64,000 nucleotides of DNA, from assembly GCA_963514005.1 (NCBI GenBank), contig OY740789.1:1054001-1118000 (forward strand). Direction: 5' to 3'. The translations under genes were made by a program, and so were the position numbers. The notes under the pieces were generated by a model that saw only the letters and a list, made by a program, of their open reading frames with translations, ran no database searches and was not told the origin of the DNA. The DNA comes from Raja brachyura (Eukaryota). Below, in pieces: positions 52,702-62,509 of the stretch; the stretch's first letter is position 1, and each line of letters opens with the position of its first letter.

Positions 52702-54630
52702 ACGGAGGTGAGGGGGTCTGGTTCTCTTTTTTCTCTTTGTTTAACTTCCCAGGTTGGTGGTCGTTTACGGTTGTTTTTGGGTGCATGGGGTAATTTTACT
52801 GGTGATGAGTATGTGTTGCGGAATATTCAGGGGCATAAAATTGAGTTTATTAATGACGACATTCCTCCATCCCAGCACATGCCTGGTCGTACGTTTAAAT
52901 TGTCTGCTGCAGAACAGGCAGCAGGTTATAAGGAAATTTTAAGTCTGGAACAGAAGGGTGTGGTTGAGAAAACGGTGCATGAGCCAATTGAATTTGTTTC
53001 GAACATATTTACCAGACCGAAGAAGGATGGAGGCTGTCGTGTCATTATTGATCTAACCCGTTTGAATACGTTTGTAACATATACTCATTTTAAAATGGAT
53101 ACGTTTGAAACAGCCAAATCATTGATTTCTCATGGTTGCTTTATGGCATGCATCGATTTGAGGGATGCATATTATTCAGTATCCATCCAGAAATATGATA
53201 GAAGGTTTTTGAAATTTATCTGGATGGGGCAACTTTGGCAGTATAAGGCTTTGCCTAATGGGCTCACTACAGCCCCTAGATTGTTCACTAAATTGGTGAA
53301 GCCAATCATGGCTTATTTGAGACAACGACATCATATAGTTATGGCCTATTTAGATGATGTCTTTATTGTGGGCCACACCCTGCAATTGGCTGAACAGGGT
53401 GTTGCAGCTGCTGTCAATATATTTCAACAATTAGGATTCATTGTCCATCCAGAGAAATCGAAGTTCTGCCCTGCCCAGGTAATTAATTACCTTGGGTTCA
53501 CGGTGAACTCAATGAGCATGAGGATAACTATACCAATTAACAAAATTGAGGAAGTCACTCAGGTGTGCAGAGATTTAATTGGCACCAATATACCATCGAT
53601 TCGGCATACAGCCACAGTAATTGGCAAGCTAGTGGCTTTGTTTCCGGCAGCACGATATGGACCTTTGCATTATCAGAATTTGCAAAGAGCTAAAATTACT
53701 GCGTTAAAACGGAACGCTGGTCATTATGATCGATCAATGCAGCTGCCGTCCGAAGCGATAACTGAGTTGCAATGGTGGGTGTGTCACATTAGCAACTCAT
53801 TCAAGCCTGTTAGGGAGGCTAATCCGGTGGTATATTTACAGACTGATGCAAGCTCCAATGGCTGGGGAGCTACTGATAATTGCTCTAGTTGTGGGGGAAA
53901 AGGGGACACCCTTGAGTCATCGATGTTGTTGACTCAAGGGATTAACTATTTGGAGTTGCTGGCAGCATTCCACGGACTTCGTGCATATTGTTCCAAGCTT
54001 GTTGGAGCACACGTCCGTCTCCAAATAGACAACACCACAGCTGTGGCATATTTAAACCATATGGGTGGTACCAGGTCAGTTTCGTGTGACAAATTGGCTA
54101 ACTCAATTTGGCTCTGGTGTGTTCAAAGAGACATTTGGATTTCAGCTACCTATTTGCCAGGTGAGCTTAACACTGTGGCGGACACCAGGTCACGCAAATT
54201 TAATGACAATATTGAATGGATGTTGCATCCTGAGATTTTTTCTAAAGTCACAGCCAAATTTGGTAAACCGAACATTGACCTTTTTGCGTCACGGTTGAAC
54301 CATCAGGTACCAGCCTACGTTTCATGGGAACCAAATCCTGGGGCAATAGCGCTAGATGCATTCTCGCTGGACTGGGGGAATTGGTTTTTCTATGCCTTCC
54401 CCCCGTTTTGCCTCATCAGTCGGGTATTGCGAAAGATTCAGGCAGATGCTGCCAAGGGCATCCTTATTATACCCGACTGGCCCACACAGCCTTGGTATCC
54501 GGTGGTCTTTGACATGCTCAACGAACCTTGGGTCCTTTTGGAGGGTTGCCCACAATTGGTTACTCACCCTGTCTCAGGGGAGCCACATCCCTGCCATGGC
54601 TATTTAAATTTGTTGGCTTGCAGGTTCTGA
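52702..54630 (+). CDS. pol: DIRS reverse transcriptase, RNase H and adenine-methyltransferase-like polyprotein
   Basis: Open frame: VGGRL, IDLRDAY, LPNGL, YLDD (RT); TDAS, INYLEL, IDNTTA, NTVAD (RNase H); IDLFAS...YAFPPF (MTase-like). Start uncertain; see findings. Confidence 0.92.
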   Translation, partial: TEVRGSGSLFSLCLTSQVGGRLRLFLGAWGNFTGDEYVLRNIQGHKIEFINDDIPPSQHMPGRTFKLSAAEQAAGYKEILSLEQKGVVEKTVHEPIEFVSNIFTRPKKDGGCRVIIDLTRLNTFVTYTHFKMDTFETAKSLISHGCFMACIDLRDAYYSVSIQKYDRRFLKFIWMGQLWQYKALPNGLTTAPRLFTKLVKPIMAYLRQRHHIVMAYLDDVFIVGHTLQLAEQGVAAAVNIFQQLGFIVHPEKSKFCPAQVINYLGFTVNSMSMRITIPINKIEEVTQVCRDLIGTNIPSIRHTATVIGKLVALFPAARYGPLHYQNLQRAKITALKRNAGHYDRSMQLPSEAITELQWWVCHISNSFKPVREANPVVYLQTDASSNGWGATDNCSSCGGKGDTLESSMLLTQGINYLELLAAFHGLRAYCSKLVGAHVRLQIDNTTAVAYLNHMGGTRSVSCDKLANSIWLWCVQRDIWISATYLPGELNTVADTRSRKFNDNIEWMLHPEIFSKVTAKFGKPNIDLFASRLNHQVPAYVSWEPNPGAIALDAFSLDWGNWFFYAFPPFCLISRVLRKIQADAAKGILIIPDWPTQPWYPVVFDMLNEPWVLLEGCPQLVTHPVSGEPHPCHGYLNLLACRF

Positions 54631-55607
54631 ACAGGCCGTTAGTCCAATACGGCCTCTCGGATCGGACCATGGATACCATCGGGGCGTCGTGTCGAGAGTC
54701 CACAAGGCGAAGATACCGCTCGCATATTAAGAAGTGGGAAGCCTACTGCAGCCGCTCTCGCATCACGTATGATGACGTGACAATAACCGACGTCCTGGAA
54801 TTCCTCGCGGGGTTGCACCATGATGAACACTTAAGTTACAGTGCCATCAACAGCGCCAGAAGTGCGCTATCATTCTACCTCAATATTGAGGTAGGATCCA
54901 ACAGGCTAGTGTCCAGACTCATGCGGGGTATATTCAATATGAATCCGCCTACACCACGCTATAGTATCACCTGGGATGTCAGGGACGTATTAACCCTGCT
55001 CAGGACGTGGTCTCCCATGGAAGGGCTCCAACTGGACCAACTCACCATGAAGCTGGTGATGTTACTAGCGCTGACTTCAGCTCAGAGGGTACAGACACTA
55101 CACAAACTTCGTGTCGACAGAATGATTTCTACCCCTACAGAAGTAGTCTTTTTTATTGACGAGCTACTAAAGCAGCATAGACCTGGGTGCACAGGGCTGC
55201 AGCTGAAGTTCCCGGCATACCCCGCAGATGCTAGGCTATGTTTAGCCTCACATATCCGCCACTATGTCAAGGTGACGGCACGCATCAGAGGAATGGAGAG
55301 ATACCTGCTTGTCACTCATAAGAGACCTCATCATCGAGTGACAGTCCAGACGATATCCAGGTGGCTGCGAGTCGTCTTGGGTAAGTCAGGTATCGACACT
55401 AATGTGTTCAAGTCTCATTCCACCAGGTCTGCATCGACGTCAAGGGCGAGGGTCATGGAGGTGACAATGGACCAAATTCTCGCCACAGCAGGATGGGCTA
55501 ATGAAGCTGTGTTCCTGCGTTTTTATAACAAGCCTGTTGCTGCTCCTCTACAGTTCGCAGAAGCCGTGCTGAATGCAGGTTCAGAACGTGGAGATGTCCC
55601 CGCATGA
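54528..55607 (+). CDS. DIRS tyrosine recombinase
   Basis: Open frame with an N-terminal SAM-like domain (LSYSAINSARSALS) and catalytic residues R (AQRVQTL), HxxR (HSTRS), W (AGW) and Y (LRFY). The true start may be the ATG near 54669. Confidence 0.92.
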   Translation: MGPFGGLPTIGYSPCLRGATSLPWLFKFVGLQVLNRPLVQYGLSDRTMDTIGASCRESTRRRYRSHIKKWEAYCSRSRITYDDVTITDVLEFLAGLHHDEHLSYSAINSARSALSFYLNIEVGSNRLVSRLMRGIFNMNPPTPRYSITWDVRDVLTLLRTWSPMEGLQLDQLTMKLVMLLALTSAQRVQTLHKLRVDRMISTPTEVVFFIDELLKQHRPGCTGLQLKFPAYPADARLCLASHIRHYVKVTARIRGMERYLLVTHKRPHHRVTVQTISRWLRVVLGKSGIDTNVFKSHSTRSASTSRARVMEVTMDQILATAGWANEAVFLRFYNKPVAAPLQFAEAVLNAGSERGDVPA

Positions 55608-55749
55608 GGGGTTTTTGATTTGTTATTAATAAATATGCTCTTGTTTTGCAGTATGAACTATTGAGCAAGTTTGTTCCTCCCATCCATCCCTGGTAGTGGT
55701 GTGTCAGCATGGACGTGGTCCAGGGCGTGTAATCACAGAAGCTTTGAAG

Positions 55750-55862
55750 TCTTCACGAAGTCACTCACGTGACTCCGAAATGAAATAGTAAGATTGAACG
55801 AGAACTTACCAGTTCGAAGGTTGATCTTTATTTTATGAGGAATCGAAGTGAGGGATTTCGTG
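55750..55862 (+). repeat. DIRS internal complementary region (ICR)
   Basis: Reverse complement of the left terminus joined through AAT to the reverse complement of the right terminus, i.e. a template of the circle junction. Confidence 0.95.
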
Positions 55863-56826
55863 CCCTCCTCGCCCAACCCTCAATCACCTTCATCTGGTAA
55901 TCTTAGTCAATTCAATCATACTATGCGAAGTCATTTCTATTGTTGGTTCTGTGATTCCACGCCGCTACTTTGAAGTATGTCGAGCATGCGCGCCGGCGGG
56001 CTCTTCACGAAATCCCTCACTTCGACTCCTCATAAAATAAAAATCAACCTTCGAACTGGTAAGTTCTCATTCAATCTTACTATTCTCTGCCACAGAAGGT
56101 AGTTGAGGCCAGTTCATTGGCTATATTTAAGAGGGTGTTAGATGTGGCACTTGTGGCTAAAGGGATCAGGGGGTATGGAGAGAAGGCAGGTACGGGATAC
56201 TGAGTTGGATGATCAGCCATGATCACATTGAATGGCGGTGCAGGCTCGAAGGGCCGAATGGCCTACTCCTGCACCTATTTTTCTATGTTTCTATGTTTCT
56301 ATTTGGCACATCAAGTATACTCCGCCAGTTAGTAATGGCTGATCTATCTCTATCTCCCAACCCCAATCGCCTGTCTTCTCCCCATCACTCCTTACATCCG
56401 TACTAATCGAGAATCTATCAACCTCTTCCTAAATATATCTATTCACTTCGCCTCCACAGCCTTAAGTGGCAAGGCATTCCACAGATGTTCCACCCTGCAA
56501 CTTACAAAAACCCTTGTCGTCTCCTTCCTCATGGAACGTCCTTTAATTCTGATGCTAGAACGTCTGTTCGTAAACTCTCCCACTAGTGGACCAGGAGTCC
56601 CTTCGGCCCATCTGTAAGTTTTCCCTCTGCTAGTATTAAACCTCACCCCAGTATTTTTCTCCCTTCCTTCATTTGCTCCCTGTGAGATCCAGGCCAGGAT
56701 AGACCTTCCTCCTTCATTGCTGTGATCTTCAGAAAAAGATGAAAAATGTCTAAAATTGATTCTCTACCTGCTCCCTCTTCTCTCTCACAGTCTCTCATCT
56801 GTTTTGGGCAGAATTTCGGGCAGTTT

Positions 56827-58122
56827 CTGAGCTGCCAGCCCACCAGGCCTGAGTGACTGAGCTGCCAGCCCACCAGGCCTGAGTGACTGAGCTGCCAGCC
56901 CACCAGGCCTGAGTGACTGAGCTGCCAGCCCACCAGGCCTGAGTGACTGAGCTGCCAGCCCACCAGGCCTGAGTGACTGAGCTGCCAGCCCACCAGGCCT
57001 GAGTGACTGAGCTGCCAGCCCACCAGGCCTGAGTGACTGAGCTGCCAGCCCACCAGGCCTGAGTGACTGAGCTGCCAGCCCACCAGGCCTGAGTGACTGA
57101 GCTGCCAGCCCACCAGGCCTGAGTGACTGAGCTCCAACCCACCAGGCCTGAGTGACTGAGCTTCTAGCCCAATATGCCTGAGTGACTGAGCTGCTAGCCC
57201 ACCAGGCCTGAGTGACTGAGCTTCTAGCCCAATATGCCTGAGTGACTGAGCTGCCAGCCCACCAGGCCTGAGTGACTGAGCTGGCAGCCAACCAGGCCTG
57301 AGTGACTGAGCTGCCAGCCCACCAGGCCTGAGTGACTGAGCTGCCAGCCCACCAGGCCTGAGTGACTGAGCTCCAACCCACCAGGCCTGAGTGACTGAGC
57401 TGCCAGCCCACCAGACCTGAGTGACTGAGCTCCAACCCACCAGGCCTGAGTGACTGAGCTTCTAGCCCAATATGCCTGAGTGACTGAGCTGCCAGCCCAC
57501 CAGGCCTGAGTGACTGAGCTGCCAGCCCACCAGGCCTGAGTGACTGAGCTGCCAGCCCACCAGGCCTGAGTGACTGAGCTGCCAGCCCACCAGGCCTGAG
57601 TGACTGAGCTGCCAGCCAACCAGGCCTGAGTGACTGAGCTTCTAGCCCAATATGCCTGAGTGACTGAGCTGCTAGCCCACCAGGCCTGAGTGACTGAGCT
57701 CTAACCCACCAGGCCTGAGTGACTGAGCTTCTAGCCCAATATGCCTGAGTGACTGAGCTGCTAGCCCACCAGGCCTGAGTGACTGAGCTGCCAGCCCACC
57801 AGGCCAGAGTGACTGAGCTGCCAGCCCACCAGGCCTGAGTGACTGAGCTGCCAGCCAACCAGGCCTGAGTGACTGAGCTGCCAGCCCACCAGGCCTGAGT
57901 GACTGAGCTGCCAGTCCACCAGGCCTGAGTGACTGAGCTGCCAGCCAACCAGGCCTGAGTGACTGAGCTGCCAGCCCACCAGGCCTGAGTGACTGAGCTG
58001 CCAGCCCACCAGGCCTGAGTGACTGAGCTGCCAGCCAACCAGCCCTGAGTGACTGAGCTGCCAGCCCACCAGGCTTGAGTGACTGAGTTGCCAGCCCACC
58101 ATGCCTGAGTGACTGAGCTGCC
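56827..58122. repeat. 30-bp minisatellite, about 43 units
   Basis: Unit gagtgactgagctgccagcccaccaggcct, with recurring 29-bp (ctccaaccc) and cttctagcccaatatg variants. Confidence 0.97.
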
Positions 58123-58300
58123 GGGGTGGAGGGCTTGGGGCTTGGGGCTTGGGGGGTGTGGGGGTGTGGGGGTGTGGGGGTGTGGGAGGGGGAGAATGGT
58201 GGGGGAGGGGGGTGAGGGACAGTGTGTATGTGGGATTGGGGTGGGATGGGGAGGGGTGTGTGAGGTAGGAGGAGGGTGTGGGAGGGAGGGGGTGTGTGGG
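58123..58300 (+). repeat. G-rich low-complexity tract with G-quadruplex potential
   Basis: Many G3-G6 runs with short loops (ggggctt and gggggtgt repeats). Confidence 0.85.
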
Positions 58301-58550
58301 CTCAACGGTTCCCGGCCCCGGTTCCGACCGCACTCACCGGCTCCAGGACCCGGCTCCGGACTCACTCCATTCCCAGCCCCGGCTACACACATCGGCTCTT
58401 GCCTCATTGTGGTGGTAGCCGTCCCCGCCCGTGAACACAGCCCCGCCCACACTATGCTTACTCAGCTCCTTTAGCTTTATTCTCGCCGCCGGTGATTGAC
58501 AGCGGGTGCCGGAAACGGCGGCACCGTCCCAGAGAATAACAGACCAATAA
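58300..58550 (-). promoter_or_regulatory. CpG-rich segment with a putative promoter and first exon (58338-58407)
   Basis: Two CCCCGCCC boxes, CCGGAA and CCAAT; ATG at 58407 and a CCG|GTGAGT donor at 58338. May instead be repeat-borne. Confidence 0.35.
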
Positions 58551-58861
58551 CATTTGTATGATGTCATCTATCGGAAGAAAACGTGATGCACTTGCAGCAC
58601 AGGAGAATGGCGAGTAAGGTGGCAAAAAATCATAGCCTGATCCGGTACCTTTTTTGCGCAATTTGAAAAACAAGATGAGAATTTTATATGTATATAGATT
58701 GCAGTACATGAATGTGGAGTGGCATGGGGGTGGTCGCCCGAGATACAATAGAAATTGATGTCCTTTGTTGTCAAACAAATTTGATAAAAATCTTGTGACT
58801 TTATTGCTCTCTTTACCCTTTGTGTTTGCGGATGTTGCGCTCTCCAGCACCCTAGTTGTTT

Positions 58862-58953
58862 GTCTGAAGAAGGGTCTCGACCCGAAACGTCGCCTATCTC
58901 CTTCGCTCCTTAGATGCTGCTGCACCCGCTGAGTTTCTCCAGCTTTTTGTGTA
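58862..58953 (+). ncRNA. Penelope-derived mini-element with intact minimal hammerhead ribozyme core
   Basis: CTGAAGA-A-GGGT-CTCG-ACCC-GAAAC-GTC at 58864-58891; 13-bp TSD accctagttgttt at 58849-58861 and 58954-58966. Confidence 0.78.
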
Positions 58954-60804
58954 ACCCTAGTTGTTTAAGCCTAGTGTAGTCCTCCAAATATCGATGTCGA
59001 AGATGGGCGCGCAGTTGTGTTTGGCTGCCCATCGTCGCCCGTCTGGATGTCCACGTTGCCTGCGGGCAATCTTGGTCTACAAACGCCAAACTCTCCTGGA
59101 CATCCGAGCCTCTGCCGTCGATGTCTTCATCCTAGGCCCCGGATAAAGCCCCGGACAAGGCTTCCTCTACGGTTCGCTCCGCGTTCGGCTCCCGGTGAGT
59201 GTACGGGCTTGGCCTTGCGGCCGCCGCCACACACCGGACTGGGAGGCGGCGTAAACACGTGGGCACCCTGGAAAGGTTGAAGAATCTCGCCCGCGCCCGC
59301 TCAACATCAGCCTACCTTGCTCAGCGCTGTGAAGTCGGATCTGGCCGGCCGTACCGCTCCATCCATTGGCGGTCCCTTGAGCCCAGGTATGTCTCTCTCC
59401 GGTCGATCTTCCCGGTCCCCGGTCTGTCGGCCCGTGGACTCCCAACCAGGCCGTGTGTGAAACGCAGCGGCGTGTTCTCCCTGAACCTCCGCCCGCTGGC
59501 GTGGGAGCCGTTAACGGATCACAATTCACCTGCAGTCCCTGCAACAGTGGCCCTGATCAATGCGAGCTCAGTGCTGAACAAAACCTTCATCCTCAACGCC
59601 TTCTTCACCGCACGTGGACTGGACTTCCTACTGGTCACAGAAACCTGGCTTAATCCCGGCATAATCAGTGGAACTCTGTCCTGATAACTGCGACTTTTCC
59701 AGCTCGTCCAGGCTCTCCGGACGTGGTGGGGGCCGAGCCACTGAGTTCAAGAAACATTTCAACTGCCGCCTCCTGAACGCTGATCATTTCTCCAGCGTCG
59801 AACATCAACTTATTATAGTTGGTCGAGTCTGTCCCCTTTTAATTGTTCTTGTGTATCGCCCACCAAAAATGCATAAGGACTTTATCCCACAATCTGGTGA
59901 TCTTATCTCTAGCTGTTGCCCAAACTTGACCGGGTCCTGATTCTTGGTGACTTTAACATTCATGTCTGCTGTCGTACTAAGCCTCTTGTGAGTGAATTGA
60001 TGAACCTGGTTGAGTCCTTCAATCTGACTCTACTCACCACTGGACCCACGCATAAACTTGACCATACACTCGACCTGGTGCTATCGTCTGGTCTCCCAAT
60101 CTGTAATACAGAAATTATTGATGCCTGTCTGTCAGATCATACTGCAATTATATTTGATACATCTCTGCCTTTCTCTCCCTCAAAATCCCATCTCCCTGTT
60201 CGTTACTACCGCTACATAAACTCCACGACTGCCAGTAAGTTTTCTGAGGCTCTCATAGCCGCCCCCGACATCTGCACCATCGAGGCGTCTCCCCTCCATC
60301 TCAGCACCGACGACCTCATCTCTTTATTCAATACCATTTGCTCTTCCATCCTGGATTCTGTTGCTCCTCTTAAAATGAAAAAGCTTAAGCCTAAAGGCTG
60401 GCCCTGGCTCAATGACACCACCAGAGCCCTAAGAAGCGAGTGCAGAAAATCAGAACGGAAGTAGCAATGTGATGCTTCAGATTTCCTTTGAACTTCTGAG
60501 AAACAATCTTCTCAAATACCAGGAAGCAGTAAAGTCTGCGAGAACACAATACTTTTCCGACCTTATTTCCAAAAACGCCCATAATTCCAAGGTCCTATTT
60601 AGTACCATTACCTCTGTCATATGCACAGTACCAGTTTAGCTGGGTCCCCTGCTAAGTGCAAAGAATTTTCTACATTTTTCACCAGCAAAGTTGAGAAGAT
60701 CAGAATGAGTATTTCCCCTCCCGTCCGTGACCTAACTGTCTCATTGGTCTGTTCCTATAAATTAGACTGTTTCCAACCCGTTACTCTACCCCCCCCTTGT
60801 AAAA

Positions 60805-62509
60805 GGCTTGGAGCTGAACATCCAGGGATATTCAATATTCAGGAAGGATAGACAGAAAGGAAAAGGAGGTGGGGTAGCGTTGCTGGTTAGAGAGGAGATT
60901 AATAGAAAGGAAGGACATTAGCTTGGAGGATGTGGAATCGATATGGGTAGAGCTGCGAAACTCTAAGGGGCAGAAAACGCTAGTGGGAGCTGTGTACAGG
61001 CCACCTAACAGTAGTAGTGGAGTTGGGGATGGCATCAAACAGGAAATTAGAAATGCGTGCAACAAAGGTAAAACAGTTATAATGGGTGACTTCAATCTAC
61101 ATATAGATTGGGTGAATCAAATTGGCAGGGGATGCTGATGAAGAGAATTTCTTGGAATGTATGCGGGATAGTTTTCTAAACCAACATGTAGAGGAACCAA
61201 CGAGAGAACAGGCTATTCTAGACTGGGTATTGAAAATGAGGAAGAGTTAGTTAGCAGTCGTGTTGTGTGTGGCCCCTTGGGCAAGAGTGACCATAATATG
61301 GTTGAGTTCTTCATTAGGATGGAGAGTGACATTGTTAATTCAGAAAAAAGGGTTCTGAACTTAAAGAAAGGTAACTTTGAGGGTATGAGACGTGAATTGG
61401 CCAAGATAGACTGGCAATTGATTCTTAAAGGGTTGATGGTGGATATGCAATGGAAGGAAATAGCAGGGGACCGGGGGTCAAATGAGATGGAGGAACTGAG
61501 TGAAATCCAGGATAGCCGGGAAGTGGTGTTGGGAAAATTGAAAATTTTCAAAACTCTTTAGATTCTGGAGTAGTTCCTGAGGATTGGAGGGTAGCTAATG
61601 TAACCCCACTTTTTAAAAAAGGAGGGAGAGAGAAAGCGGGGAATTACAGACCAGTTAGTCTAACATCGGTAGTGGGGAAACTGCTAGAGTCAGTTATTAA
61701 AGATGGGATAGCAGCACATTTGGAAAGTGGTGAAATCATTGGACAAAGTCAGCATGGATTTATGAAAGGTAAATCTTGTCTGACGAATCTTATTGAATTT
61801 TTTTAGGATGTAACTAGTAGAGTGGATAAGGGAGAACCAGTGGATGTGTTATAACTGGACTTTCAGAAGGCTTTCGACAAGGTCCCACATAAGAGATTAG
61901 TATACAAACTTAAAGCACACGGTATTGGGGGTTCAGTATTGATGTGGATAGAGAACTGGCTGGCAGACAGGAAGCAAAGGGTAGGAGTAAACGGGTCCTT
62001 TTCAGAATGGCAGGCAGTGACTAGTGGGGTACCGCAAGGCTCAGTGCTGGGACCCCAGCTATTTACAATATATATTAATGATCTGGACGAGGGAATTGAA
62101 TGCAACATCTCCAAGTTTGTGGATGACACGAAGCTGGGGGGGCAGTGTTAGCTGTGGGGAAAATGATAGGAGGCTGCAAGGTGACTTGGATAGGTTGGGT
62201 GAGTGGGCAAATGCATGGCAGATGCAGTATAATGTGAATAAATGTGAGGTTATCCACTTTGGTGGCAAAAACAGGAAAGTAGACTATTATCTGAATGGTG
62301 GCCGATTAGGAAAAGGGGAGATGCAACGAGACCTGGGTGTCATGGTACACCAGTCATTGAAAGTAGGCATGCAGGTGCAGCAGGCAGTGAAGAAAGCAAA
62401 TGGTATGTTAGCATTCATAGCAAAAGGATTTGAGTATAGGAGCAGGGAGGTTCTACTGCAGCTGTACAGGTTCTTGGTGAGACCACACCTGGAGTATTGC
62501 GTACAGTTT
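60805..62509 (+). mobile_element. Internally deleted CR1 inside the L2, lacking its 3' end
   Basis: APE and RT fragments; switches to L2 sequence at EYCVQF|YGVGIDG. Confidence 0.88.

Larger units (their letters stand above)
47688..56084 (+). mobile_element. Full-length DIRS1-type tyrosine-recombinase retrotransposon
   Basis: Left ITR 47688-47750, right ITR ~55976-56084, ICR 55750-55862 complementary to both ends. gag-like, RT/RNaseH/MTase and YR ORFs. ATT trinucleotide at both junctions. Confidence 0.96.
47420..56300 (+). mobile_element. 5'-truncated CR1 hosting the DIRS element (47420-47690 and 56082-56300)
   Basis: Joining the two halves restores ctctggaATTctctgccacagaagg, as seen uninterrupted at 16773-16800. 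Confidence 0.93.

Noticed and set aside
56643-58452. Repetitive proteins (555 aa, SSVTQAWWAG repeats and others) or a CRISPR array
   Set aside because: The minus-strand unit has no stop codon in any frame, so ORFs are automatic, and 29-bp units shift frames freely. There are no unique spacers and the DNA is eukaryotic.
58540-58700. Possible terminus of a Helitron/Helentron-like repeat ending ...tatatagat
   Set aside because: Resembles a repeat end from memory only, and no matching other end was found. Noted because it would weaken the promoter reading of 58300-58550.
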